35,206 bases of DNA from Kofleriaceae bacterium (GTDB lineage Bacteria > Myxococcota_A > Polyangia > Haliangiales > Haliangiaceae), in the NCBI GenBank assembly GCA_046597055.1, contig JBKJLC010000212.1, positions 1-35,206 of the forward strand, read 5' to 3'. Shown piece by piece: positions 1-7,849 of this stretch; positions within the stretch are counted from its first letter, which is position 1, and every line of letters starts with the position of its first letter. The notes below the pieces were generated by a model, which ran no database searches, was not told the DNA's origin, and was given only the letters and a program-made list of their open reading frames with translations. The position numbers were made by a program, and so were the translations under genes.

Positions 1-1271
1 GCGGCCATCTCGGCGAGCCCGGCGGCGACCGAGGTCAGCTCCTCGCCGCCGACGATGCGGTCGGCGCCGAAGCGGGCGGCCAGGGCGCCGCGGACGGCGG
101 GCACCATCGACGAGCCGCCGGTGGTGAACACCCGGTCGACGTCGCGGACGTCGGCGCCAGCGCGGGCCAGCGCGTCGGTGACGGCGGCGTCGATCGCCTC
201 GAGCTCGGGCGCGAGCCAGCCGTCGAAGTCGGGACGGGCGACGTCGGCGATCACGCGAACGCCGGGCCGGTCGAACGCCAGCGGCGCGCGCACGCTCGCC
301 GACAGCGCGACCTTGGTCGCCTCGACCGCGTCGTGGAGCGGCAGGCCCAGGTCCTCGTCGACCACGCACACCAGCTGCGCGATCGCCTTGGGATCGAGCG
401 CGCCGCGCTGGACCCGCTCGAGCAGGCGCAGGGTGTCGGCCGACTTGAGGAACGACAGGTGGTGCCAGCGGCGCAGGTGGTTGAACAGCCAGGTCGGCAC
501 CGGCGCCTCGCCGCCCATCTCGACCTGGTAGCGGCTGCCCTTGCCGAGCGCGGGCGAGATGACGTGGTCGACGATGCGGCCGTCGAAGGCGTCGCCGGCG
601 AGCGCGACGCCGGTGGTCGCGCGCACGTGGGCGCCGCGGGCAGGTCCGACCTCGACCAGCGAGAAGTCGCTGGTGCCACCGCCGAAGTCGGCGATCAGGA
701 CCAGCTCGTCGTGATCGAGCCGGGTCGCGTAGCGGTGCGCGGCCGCGACCGGCTCGAACGCGAACGTGACCTCGTCGAAGCCGGCCATCGTCAGCGCGGT
801 CCGCATGCGGCCGATCGCGCGGTCGTCGTCCTCCTGATCGTCGGCGCCCCAGTAGCGCACCGGCCGGCCGACCACCGCGCGGTTGCCGAGCTCGATCGGC
901 GCGGCGGCGCGCAGCGCGCGCAGGTAGCCGCCGACCAGCTCCTCGACCCGGAAGCGCTTGCCGAAGATCGCGGTGTCGACGAACGACGACGACGCCAGGT
1001 GGCTCTTGATCGACTGGATCAGGCGGGCCACGCCTTCGCTCTGGGCGTAGCGGGCCAGGCCGGGCGCACCGGCGGTCATCCGCATCGGCACCCCGTCGTC
1101 GGCGGGCTCGAAGCACATGACCGTGCGCCAGTGCGTGACCGGGCCGTCGGGGCCGGGCAGGGGCAAGACCCGGGCGGGACCGTCGCCGGTCGCGACCGCG
1201 ATCGCGCTGTTGGTGGTTCCGAAGTCGATGCCGATGGCCGGCCGGGACGGGGAGGGAAACTGGGATGGCAT
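1..1271 (-). CDS. yegD: Hsp70-family protein, YegD-like (C-terminal few residues run off the window start)
   Basis: Not in the ORF track; translated by hand from ATG at 1271: MPSQFPSPSRPAIGIDFGTTNSAIA..., later VLIADFGGGTSDF, VFTTGGSSMVPAVR and GEELTSVAAGLA. These are the Hsp70 ATPase motifs. About 425 aa with no DnaK substrate-binding domain, as in YegD. Start overlaps the upstream stop (TGATG). Confidence 0.88.
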   Translation of the reverse strand, partial: MPSQFPSPSRPAIGIDFGTTNSAIAVATGDGPARVLPLPGPDGPVTHWRTVMCFEPADDGVPMRMTAGAPGLARYAQSEGVARLIQSIKSHLASSSFVDTAIFGKRFRVEELVGGYLRALRAAAPIELGNRAVVGRPVRYWGADDQEDDDRAIGRMRTALTMAGFDEVTFAFEPVAAAHRYATRLDHDELVLIADFGGGTSDFSLVEVGPARGAHVRATTGVALAGDAFDGRIVDHVISPALGKGSRYQVEMGGEAPVPTWLFNHLRRWHHLSFLKSADTLRLLERVQRGALDPKAIAQLVCVVDEDLGLPLHDAVEATKVALSASVRAPLAFDRPGVRVIADVARPDFDGWLAPELEAIDAAVTDALARAGADVRDVDRVFTTGGSSMVPAVRGALAARFGADRIVGGEELTSVAAGLAEMA

Positions 1272-2041
1272 CAGCGAGCCACGCGCTCTACCACCTGGGT
1301 GCCGCTGCAGGCGGCGCAGTGGGCCGAGAACATCACCGGCGCGTCAGCGGCGGCGGTGCCGGCGAACCGGGTCTGGGCCATCACCGACGGTGGATCGAGG
1401 GTTTCGGCCAGCCCGCAGCTCGTGCACGGTGCGATCCGCCATGAGCCTCGCTCGGCCAGGTAGGCGTCGGTGACATACAGCGGATGGCGGCCGCCGGGCG
1501 CCGGCAAGAACCGCAGGTGGTCGCCCTGATGCACTGTCGTCAGCTGGCGCGGCGTGCTCAGCAGCTCGCCGAGATAGACCCGGCGCTCGCCGTCCTCGCT
1601 GGCGATCACGCGCAGCCAGCACACCTCGGCGGGCTTGCCGGTGCGGCGCGGCTCGCCGTCGTGGACCAGCACCTGGAGGTCGTCGGGGAACGACTTGTGG
1701 AAGCGCCCGCGCAGCGCCGGATCGGTGCGCCACGGTCCGTCGGGGGCTGGCTGGGGCCCGTACAGCGTGACCCAGCCGGGCCGGTCGGGCAGCCCACGCG
1801 CCCGCGCCTCGTCGGCGGTGAGCACCTTGCTGGGCACGCCGATCGGCAGCCGCACGGTGAGCCCCGGCTGCTCGACTTGATCGGGATCGCCGGCGCGGCC
1901 GCCCTTGGCCGACATCCCGACCTGGGCGTCGAGGTACACGAACCCGACGAAGGGCTCGGCCTCCGACCACGGCGCGTCGGGCAGCGCCAGCTCGATCCAG
2001 CGCAGCAGCGCCGTACCATCGATCGATCCCGGAGCGGTCAT
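1271..2041 (-). CDS. Hypothetical protein with a DUF2314/YegJ-like segment and a C-terminal CxxC...CxxC Zn-ribbon
   Basis: Start reassigned to ATG 2041 (MTAPGSIDG...). Segment EVCWLRV...YLGELLSTP...VHQGDHLRF resembles the DUF2314 pattern. CTSC and CAAC lie near the C-terminus. Translationally coupled to the Hsp70 gene. Confidence 0.7.
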   Translation of the reverse strand: MTAPGSIDGTALLRWIELALPDAPWSEAEPFVGFVYLDAQVGMSAKGGRAGDPDQVEQPGLTVRLPIGVPSKVLTADEARARGLPDRPGWVTLYGPQPAPDGPWRTDPALRGRFHKSFPDDLQVLVHDGEPRRTGKPAEVCWLRVIASEDGERRVYLGELLSTPRQLTTVHQGDHLRFLPAPGGRHPLYVTDAYLAERGSWRIAPCTSCGLAETLDPPSVMAQTRFAGTAAADAPVMFSAHCAACSGTQVVERVAR

Positions 2042-2107
2042 CGCGGCATCGTGCCACGAGGACGGCGACGTGACATCCCGGTGCGGGTCGGGGAGACTCG
2101 GCCGGCC

Positions 2108-2587
2108 ATGACGCTGCGCCCCGCCGACGAGCTGCTCCCCCGTGCCCGCCTGTGCGCGCTGGTCTCCCTGGTCGGCCGGGGCTTTCCGGTCGCCGAGGCC
2201 GCCGCTGACCTCGAGCGCCACGACCTCGAGCCGGCGATGACCGACGACGAACGGCGCTGGCTCGGCGGTCAGGTCGCCGACGCCGACCCGTGGATCGGCG
2301 ACGTCGCCATCATGCTGTCGTGGGCGCTCGGGCTGTCGAGCGACCTCGATCCCGACCTCGACGCCGCCCGCCACATGATGGAGGTCTTGTTCACCCGGTC
2401 GCCGCCGGTGAAGCCGCGCGCCGAGGAGGAGATCGCCGCGCTGCGCCGCGACCTCGAGCTGATCGCGGCGAATCCGCTCGGCCTCGATGCGGTCCGCTGG
2501 CGGCTGGCCGCGCTGCGCTGGGCGCTCGATCCGGCCGCGGCCTGGCCCCCGGCCGCCGCGGCCTCGCCGTCACCGCTTCCGCAGTGA
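2108..2587 (+). CDS. Hypothetical helical protein, weakly DUF4272-like
   Basis: ATG 2108, 159 aa. Motifs MTDDERRWL, LSWALGL, PRAEEEI and RLAALRWAL recall a shortened DUF4272. Family call is tentative. Confidence 0.6.
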   Translation: MTLRPADELLPRARLCALVSLVGRGFPVAEAAADLERHDLEPAMTDDERRWLGGQVADADPWIGDVAIMLSWALGLSSDLDPDLDAARHMMEVLFTRSPPVKPRAEEEIAALRRDLELIAANPLGLDAVRWRLAALRWALDPAAAWPPAAAASPSPLPQ

Positions 2588-3262
2588 CCAGGCCTCGCCG
2601 GCGACCGCGACCTCGCGGCGGCGAACCCGGTCGCGCAGCTCGAAGGCATCCTCGACCGCATCGGGGACCGCGCCGCGCGGCGCCAGCTCGCGGCGCTCGT
2701 AGCTGATCCAAACCCGCGGATCGTTGCGGCAGTCGAACTTGCGGCAGATCGCGGGCCGGTGCTGATAGACGGTGCAGCCGTGGCCGGCGCGGTCGTTGTG
2801 CGTGCAGAGGCCGTCGGCCTCGTGACGGATGAGGTACGGCTGGCCGTGATCCCAGCGGATCACGCCCTCGTCGAGATCCTGCGACGACAGCGCGAAGGTG
2901 AACGAACAGCAGCGCGCCTCGCAGATCGGCAGGAGCTCGAGGCACGGCGGGCCGTCGTCGTTCACGACCTCGTACTTGTCCTCGAAGTCGGCCAGCTGCA
3001 GCCGGCCCTGGGCCTCGAGATCGGACATCTGGATCAGCGGGGTCAGCGCCTCGGCCCGCGCCTCGAGCCGGGTCGCGACGTCGGGCTCGTCGTCGACCGC
3101 GACCGCGCCGCCGAGGCGCTCGACCTCCTCGGTCAGCGCCACCACCTGGGCCGCCAGCTTGAGCAGGTCGGCGCGGGTCTCCTCGACCGCGAGCAGCGCG
3201 GCGCGCACGGCGCGCGTCAGCCGGGCCGGCTCGTCGTCGGGCGGCCCGCCGTCGCCGGCCAT
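2570..3262 (-). CDS. YkgJ-family (CxxCxxCC-type) cysteine-cluster protein with N-terminal coiled coil
   Basis: Start at ATG 3262 (TGATG overlap). Cys pattern CLELLPICEARCC...LCTHND...GCTVYQHRPAICRKFDC is typical of this putative Zn/Fe-chelating family. Confidence 0.85.
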   Translation of the reverse strand: MAGDGGPPDDEPARLTRAVRAALLAVEETRADLLKLAAQVVALTEEVERLGGAVAVDDEPDVATRLEARAEALTPLIQMSDLEAQGRLQLADFEDKYEVVNDDGPPCLELLPICEARCCSFTFALSSQDLDEGVIRWDHGQPYLIRHEADGLCTHNDRAGHGCTVYQHRPAICRKFDCRNDPRVWISYERRELAPRGAVPDAVEDAFELRDRVRRREVAVAGEAWSLRKR

Positions 3263-4254
3263 CAGAAGTCGAGGCCGCCCGAGACCGTGATCGTGCGCTG
3301 GCTGCCGGCGCGATCCGGCGAGTCGCAGTTGCTGGTGCGGCTTCCGACCGTGCACTCCTCCTCGCCCGAACGCTCGTCGACCGAGCTGCCGGCCAGCGCG
3401 AAGTCGGCCTCGAAGGTCAGCTGGAACACGTGGTACTGCAGCTTGGCGCCGACGAAGATCCGGTGCCGGACGATGTCGTCCTGATCCTTGAACACGAAGT
3501 TCAGGTCGCGGTCGTCCATGTTCATCGGGTCGAGCGCGTCGATCTCCGGGGTCGGGTCGATCACCTCGGACCGCGGGATCATGACCAGCGTGTTCCAGCC
3601 GGCGAACGGGTCGACGCTCCAGGTCCCGGCCACGCCGAGGTGCTTGCTGACGCTGGCGTCGAACGACACGATCGTGAGGTCGAGCTCCTTCTGGCCGATC
3701 AGGCGGGAGGCGCCGGCGCGGACCGCGAGCGAGGGCAGCGGCCAGCTGTGATAGCCCTCGAGCAGCGCGAGCTTCAGGTAACTCTGCGCGGTCCACATCT
3801 TGGAGTCGAGCAGGTGGACGGCGCCGACGCCGAACTCGAGCGACGGCACCGGGAACCAGATGCCCTTGCGGACGAACCCGCCCACGGTCGGCAGGCTGGC
3901 CGGGCCGTGGTCGGTGGGGCTCATCGCGTCGGGCGCGGTCGACGAGCGGCGGGCCCGCCACCAGGTGCCGTCGGGCGTGATCGAGGTCGACGCCATGTCC
4001 ACGCTGACCTGGAAGCCGCCAAAGCCGAGGGTGTCCGACGGGGTCAGCAACCGGGGCGCCAGGGCGACCCCCAGCTCGCTGACCAGCGCGCGCAGGTCGA
4101 GGCTCTGCCCGACGGTGCGCGGCTTGGACCCGGGCTCTTCGATGACGACCGCGAGGCGGCCGAGGACGACGTCGTTGTCGCCGGCGTTGGCTGGGCTGGG
4201 CGCGGCGCCGAGCACGGCGGCGAGCGCGGTCAGCGCGGTGGCGACGGATCGCAT
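3262..4254 (-). CDS. Putative outer-membrane beta-barrel protein
   Basis: Signal peptide (MRSVATALTALAAVLGAAPSPANA), alternating amphipathic strands, C-terminal ...ITVSGGLDF ending in Phe (beta-signal-like), and a Cys pair in the last loop. Confidence 0.75.
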   Translation of the reverse strand: MRSVATALTALAAVLGAAPSPANAGDNDVVLGRLAVVIEEPGSKPRTVGQSLDLRALVSELGVALAPRLLTPSDTLGFGGFQVSVDMASTSITPDGTWWRARRSSTAPDAMSPTDHGPASLPTVGGFVRKGIWFPVPSLEFGVGAVHLLDSKMWTAQSYLKLALLEGYHSWPLPSLAVRAGASRLIGQKELDLTIVSFDASVSKHLGVAGTWSVDPFAGWNTLVMIPRSEVIDPTPEIDALDPMNMDDRDLNFVFKDQDDIVRHRIFVGAKLQYHVFQLTFEADFALAGSSVDERSGEEECTVGSRTSNCDSPDRAGSQRTITVSGGLDF

Positions 4255-4262
4255 GGGAGCGG

Positions 4263-4292
4263 AGCGTAGGTCGCGGTCGGCGCCCGCGTCAA
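4263..4292 (-). promoter_or_regulatory. Candidate sigma70 promoter TTGACG-N18-TACGCT for the 3262-4254 gene (near-leaderless)
   Basis: Minus strand reads TTGACG (4292-4287), 18 nt, TACGCT (4268-4263), 8 nt, ATG (4254). No Shine-Dalgarno. Confidence 0.5.
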
Positions 4293-4362
4293 CCGGACCC
4301 GCCGCGACGGTCGCAGCCGGCGATGGACGACCCCGGGACGCCTACGGTAGGGTCGCGGCCGC

Positions 4363-5136
4363 GTGTACAGCACCATTCTCGTCGACGGCAGCGCCCCCGT
4401 GGCCCGGATCACCCTCAACCGGCCCGAGAAGCGCAATCCCATCGGGCTCGAGACCTGCGGCGAGCTGGTGCACGCCTTCGAGGCGGTGCGCACCGACCCG
4501 ACCCTCCACGCGGTCGTGATCACCGGCGCCGGCTCGGTGTTCTCCGCGGGTGGCGACCTCGGCTCGATGCAGCCGACCGCGCCGCGGCCCGACGCGATCC
4601 GGCCGGCGACGCTGGTCGAGCTGTTTCCCGCGATGCACGAGCTGGGCAAGCCCATCATCGCGATGGTGAACGGCCACGCGCTCGCCGGTGGGCTCGGCCT
4701 GATGGTCGCCTGCGACCTGGCGATCGCCGCCGACACCGCGACCTTCGGCACCACCGAGATCGCGGTCGGCCTGTGGCCGATGATGATCACCGCCGAGCTC
4801 ACCCGCAACATCGGCCGCAAGCGCACGCTCGAGATGATGCTCACCGGCCGCCGGTTGTCGTCGGCCGAGGCGCTCGAGGCCGGCCTGGTCAACCGGGTGG
4901 TCCCGGCCGCCGACCTCGAGGCGACCACGATGGCCCTGGCCCACGAGCTGGCCGCCAGGAGCCCGGCCGCGATCGCGCTCGGCCTGCGCGCCTTCTACCG
5001 GGCCCAGGACATGGAGTTCGAGTCGGGCCTGCGCTACCTGCAGGGCGAGCTGGGCCGGGTGCTCGCGCTCGAGGACGCCGCCGAGGGCATCTCGGCGTTC
5101 CTCGGCAAGCGCGCCCCGGTGTGGAAGGGTCGCTAG
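4363..5136 (+). CDS. Enoyl-CoA hydratase/isomerase (crotonase) family protein
   Basis: ITLNRPEKRNPI, FSAGGDL, KPIIAMVNGHALAGGLGL, FGTTEIAVGL, EDAAEGISAFLGKRAPVWKGR. GTG start. Confidence 0.95.
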   Translation: MYSTILVDGSAPVARITLNRPEKRNPIGLETCGELVHAFEAVRTDPTLHAVVITGAGSVFSAGGDLGSMQPTAPRPDAIRPATLVELFPAMHELGKPIIAMVNGHALAGGLGLMVACDLAIAADTATFGTTEIAVGLWPMMITAELTRNIGRKRTLEMMLTGRRLSSAEALEAGLVNRVVPAADLEATTMALAHELAARSPAAIALGLRAFYRAQDMEFESGLRYLQGELGRVLALEDAAEGISAFLGKRAPVWKGR

Positions 5137-5140
5137 CGCT

Positions 5141-5557
5141 GTGGAGCTCGCCTGGACCGCCCACCCGGCCAAGCGCCAGCCCGAGCAGATCGCGCTGATC
5201 GCGGCGATCGTCCTGGTGACGGCGTGGGTGGTGATGGTGACCCTGGAGTCGCCGTGGCTGGCGCTGGTCGCCGCGGTGATCCTGGTGGTGTCGGTCGGGC
5301 AGTTCCTGTTCCCGACCCGGTACCGGCTGACCGACGCCGGGGTGGAGGAGCGCCGCCTGCTCGGGCGCAAGTTCCGGGCGTGGAGCGATCTGCGCCGGAT
5401 CCAGGTGGGCCCCGGCGCCGCGCTGGTGTCGCCGTTCGCGCGACCGAGCTGGATGGACCGCTACCGCGGGATCATGCTGTACCTCGATGGCGCCGATCGC
5501 GACGCGGTGGTCGCGGCCCTGCGCGCGCGCATCCCGGCCGCGGACCCGGCGCCGTGA
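5141..5557 (+). CDS. Two-TM membrane protein with a C-terminal bacterial PH-like domain
   Basis: Two hydrophobic helices followed by TRYRLTDAGVEERRLLGRKFRAWSDLRRI, a typical bacterial PH-like pattern. Starts 4 nt after the previous stop. Confidence 0.75.
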   Translation: MELAWTAHPAKRQPEQIALIAAIVLVTAWVVMVTLESPWLALVAAVILVVSVGQFLFPTRYRLTDAGVEERRLLGRKFRAWSDLRRIQVGPGAALVSPFARPSWMDRYRGIMLYLDGADRDAVVAALRARIPAADPAP

Positions 5558-5841
5558 CCGTCCCGCCCGAGACGCTCGAGGCCAGCCTGTCCGAGGCCGA
5601 GCGCGAGCTGCTCGACAGCCTGGCCGACGGCATCGCCCGGCGCCGGCTGACCCCGGCCGCGCTGTTCTTCCTCGAGTCGATGAAGCCGATGGGCTTCCTC
5701 GGCAGCCAGATGATGGTGTTCCTGCGCCCGATCGTCGCCATCATCTGGCGCGACCCGGCGCGCTGGGACCAGCTCCAGGCCATCCTGGAGCGGCGCGGCT
5801 CGATCGAGTTGCTGCTGCGGCGGCTCGAAGCGCGCTCGTGA
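5554..5841 (+). CDS. Small helical hypothetical protein (95 aa)
   Basis: GTGA overlap with the upstream stop. Translation MTVPPETLE...LTPAALFFLESMKPMGFLGSQMMVFLRP...IELLLRRLEARS. Strong GC3 bias. Confidence 0.8.
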   Translation: MTVPPETLEASLSEAERELLDSLADGIARRRLTPAALFFLESMKPMGFLGSQMMVFLRPIVAIIWRDPARWDQLQAILERRGSIELLLRRLEARS

Positions 5842-5857
5842 TACACCCGGCCGGCCG

Positions 5858-7693
5858 ATGTCGAGCCACGCCACGCCGAGCTACCCGCCGATCGATCCCG
5901 CGCGCGTCCGGTCGGTGATCGCCACCGACTGCGGATCGACGACGACCAAGGCGATCCTGATCGAGAAGAACGAGCAGGGCGAGTACCGGCTGCGCTCGCG
6001 CGGCGAGGCGCCGACCACGGTCGAGGCGCCGGTCGAGGACGTCACCCGCGGCGTCATCAACGCCGTCCGCGAGATCCAGGAGCTGCGCGGCCGTCAGTTC
6101 CTCACCGACGACGGCACCGCGATCATCCGGCCCGAGAAGGACGGGGTCGGCACCGACCTGTACCTGTCGACCTCGTCGGCCGGCGGCGGGCTGCAGATGA
6201 TGGTCGCCGGCGTCGTCAAGAAGATGACCGCCGAGAGCGCTGCCCGCGCCGCCCTGGGCGCCGGCGCGATCGTGATGGACTCGATCGCCACCAACGACAA
6301 GCGCCTGCCGCACGAGAAGATCGACCGCATCCGCCAGCTGCGGCCCGACATGATCCTCATGGCCGGCGGCACCGACGGCGGCACCGTCAAGCACGTGGTC
6401 GCGATCGCCGAGCTCCTGCGCGCGGCCCAGCCCCGGCCCCGGCTCGGCCAGGGCTACGACCTGCCGGTGATCTACGCCGGCAACCGCGAGGTCCGCGCCG
6501 AGGTCGAGCGCATCCTGGGTGGCAAGGTCGCGCTGCAGTTCGTCGACAACCTGCGGCCGACCCTCGAGGAGGAAAACCTGGGCCCGGCCCGCGACGCGAT
6601 CCACGACCTGTTCATGGAGCACGTCATGGCCCAGGCCCCCGGCTACGGGAAGCTGATGACCTGGACCGACACGCCGATCATGCCGACCCCGGGCGCGATG
6701 GGCCTCATCATCAAGGCGCTGGCCGAGCGCGACAAGGTCAACGTGGTCGGCGTCGACATCGGCGGCGCCACCACCGACGTGTTCAGCGTGTTCGACGGCA
6801 GCTTCAACCGCACGGTCTCGGCCAACCTCGGCATGAGCTACTCGGTGTCGAACGTGCTCGCCGAGGCCGGCATCGATCAGATCCAGCGCTGGGTCCCGTT
6901 CGACCTGCACGAGGCCGAGCTGCGCGACCGGATCGGCAACAAGATGATCCGGCCGACCACGATCCCGCAGACGCTCGAGGAGCTGAAGATCGAGCAGGCG
7001 ATCGCGCGCGAGGCGCTGCGGCTGTCGTTCATCCAGCACAAGCAGTTCGCGGTGAAGCTGACCGGCGGCCAGAAGGAGAGCTCGATCTCCGACGCGTTCA
7101 GCCAGGGCACCACCAACACGCTGGTCGACATGATGACGCTCGACCTGCTGGTCGGCTCGGGCGGCGTGCTCAGCCACGCCCCGCGCCGCAGCCAGTCGAT
7201 GCTCATGATGATCGACGCGTTCCAGGTCGAGGGCATCACCGAGATCGCGGTCGACTCGATCTTCATGATGCCGCACCTGGGCGTGCTGTCGACGGTGCAC
7301 CCGGCGGCGGCGACCGAGGTGTTCGAGAAGGACTGCCTGGTCCGCCTGGGCACCTGCGTCGCGCCGGTCGGCGTGGCCAAGCGCGGTCCGCCGTTGACGA
7401 TCGAGCTGCGCATGCCCGGCGGTACCACCAGGACCGAGCGGCTCGCCGCCGGCAGCCTGACCCACCTGGCGCTCGGCGCGGGCGAGACCGCCCATGCCAT
7501 CCTGACCCCGGCCCGCGGCGTCGACGTCGGCGGCGGCCCCGGCGAGAAGGTCGAGCGCACCCTGCGCGGCGGCGTGGTCGGCCTGGTCTTCGATGCCCGC
7601 GGGCGCCGACCGATGAACGTGCCGACCGCCCACGACGCGCGGGTCACCGCCAACCTGGCCTGGACCGGCGCGATGGACCTGTACCCGGCCTGA
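5858..7693 (+). CDS. glmL: GlmL/MutL (glutamate mutase L) family ASKHA-fold ATPase
   Basis: Phosphate-1 ATDCGSTTTK, family motifs STSSAGGGLQM, AARAALGAGA, PDMILMAGGTDGG, VIYAGN and IMPTPGA, phosphate-2 GVDIGGATTDVFS, RTVSANLGMSYS, adenosine motif VGSGGVLSHA. The symbol indicates family only. Confidence 0.88.
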   Translation: MSSHATPSYPPIDPARVRSVIATDCGSTTTKAILIEKNEQGEYRLRSRGEAPTTVEAPVEDVTRGVINAVREIQELRGRQFLTDDGTAIIRPEKDGVGTDLYLSTSSAGGGLQMMVAGVVKKMTAESAARAALGAGAIVMDSIATNDKRLPHEKIDRIRQLRPDMILMAGGTDGGTVKHVVAIAELLRAAQPRPRLGQGYDLPVIYAGNREVRAEVERILGGKVALQFVDNLRPTLEEENLGPARDAIHDLFMEHVMAQAPGYGKLMTWTDTPIMPTPGAMGLIIKALAERDKVNVVGVDIGGATTDVFSVFDGSFNRTVSANLGMSYSVSNVLAEAGIDQIQRWVPFDLHEAELRDRIGNKMIRPTTIPQTLEELKIEQAIAREALRLSFIQHKQFAVKLTGGQKESSISDAFSQGTTNTLVDMMTLDLLVGSGGVLSHAPRRSQSMLMMIDAFQVEGITEIAVDSIFMMPHLGVLSTVHPAAATEVFEKDCLVRLGTCVAPVGVAKRGPPLTIELRMPGGTTRTERLAAGSLTHLALGAGETAHAILTPARGVDVGGGPGEKVERTLRGGVVGLVFDARGRRPMNVPTAHDARVTANLAWTGAMDLYPA

Positions 7694-7720
7694 GCGCGCC
7701 GACGGGCTGACCCGGCGCGC
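7694..7720 (+). terminator. GC-rich hairpin directly after the glmL-like stop (possible terminator or processing stem)
   Basis: GCGCGCCG ... CGGCGCGC inverted repeat. No U-tract. Confidence 0.35.
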
Positions 7721-7809
7721 GACGACCTCGCGGCGTGCTGCCCGGGATCGATCGCGGCGTCGCCGTATCTATAGATGAAGCAGCGGGAAGGCTCGGAGGG
7801 CTGGCGCGG

Positions 7810-7837
7810 TTGACCCCAAAGGGCCCCTGCGTATGAT
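7810..7837 (+). promoter_or_regulatory. Candidate internal sigma70 promoter TTGACC-N16-TATGAT
   Basis: TTGACC 7810-7815 and TATGAT 7832-7837, both 5/6 consensus. ATG is 12 nt downstream with no SD. Perfect palindrome ATCTATAGAT at 7767-7776 upstream. Confidence 0.6.
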
Positions 7838-7849
7838 GCCCCCGCCTTC

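Noticed and set aside
5858..7693. DNA mismatch-repair MutL, or a working glutamate mutase pathway
   Set aside because: Name clash only. The motifs are ASKHA-type, not GHKL, and no mutase or DxHxxG B12-binding subunit is present in the window.
7694..7849. Cobalamin riboswitch (suggested by the GlmL-B12 link and a GCGGGAAG string)
   Set aside because: No GCCACTG, no AGYCAGRAGACCTGCC-like B12 box and no matching stem layout. A promoter explains the region better. An Infernal/Rfam scan would settle it.
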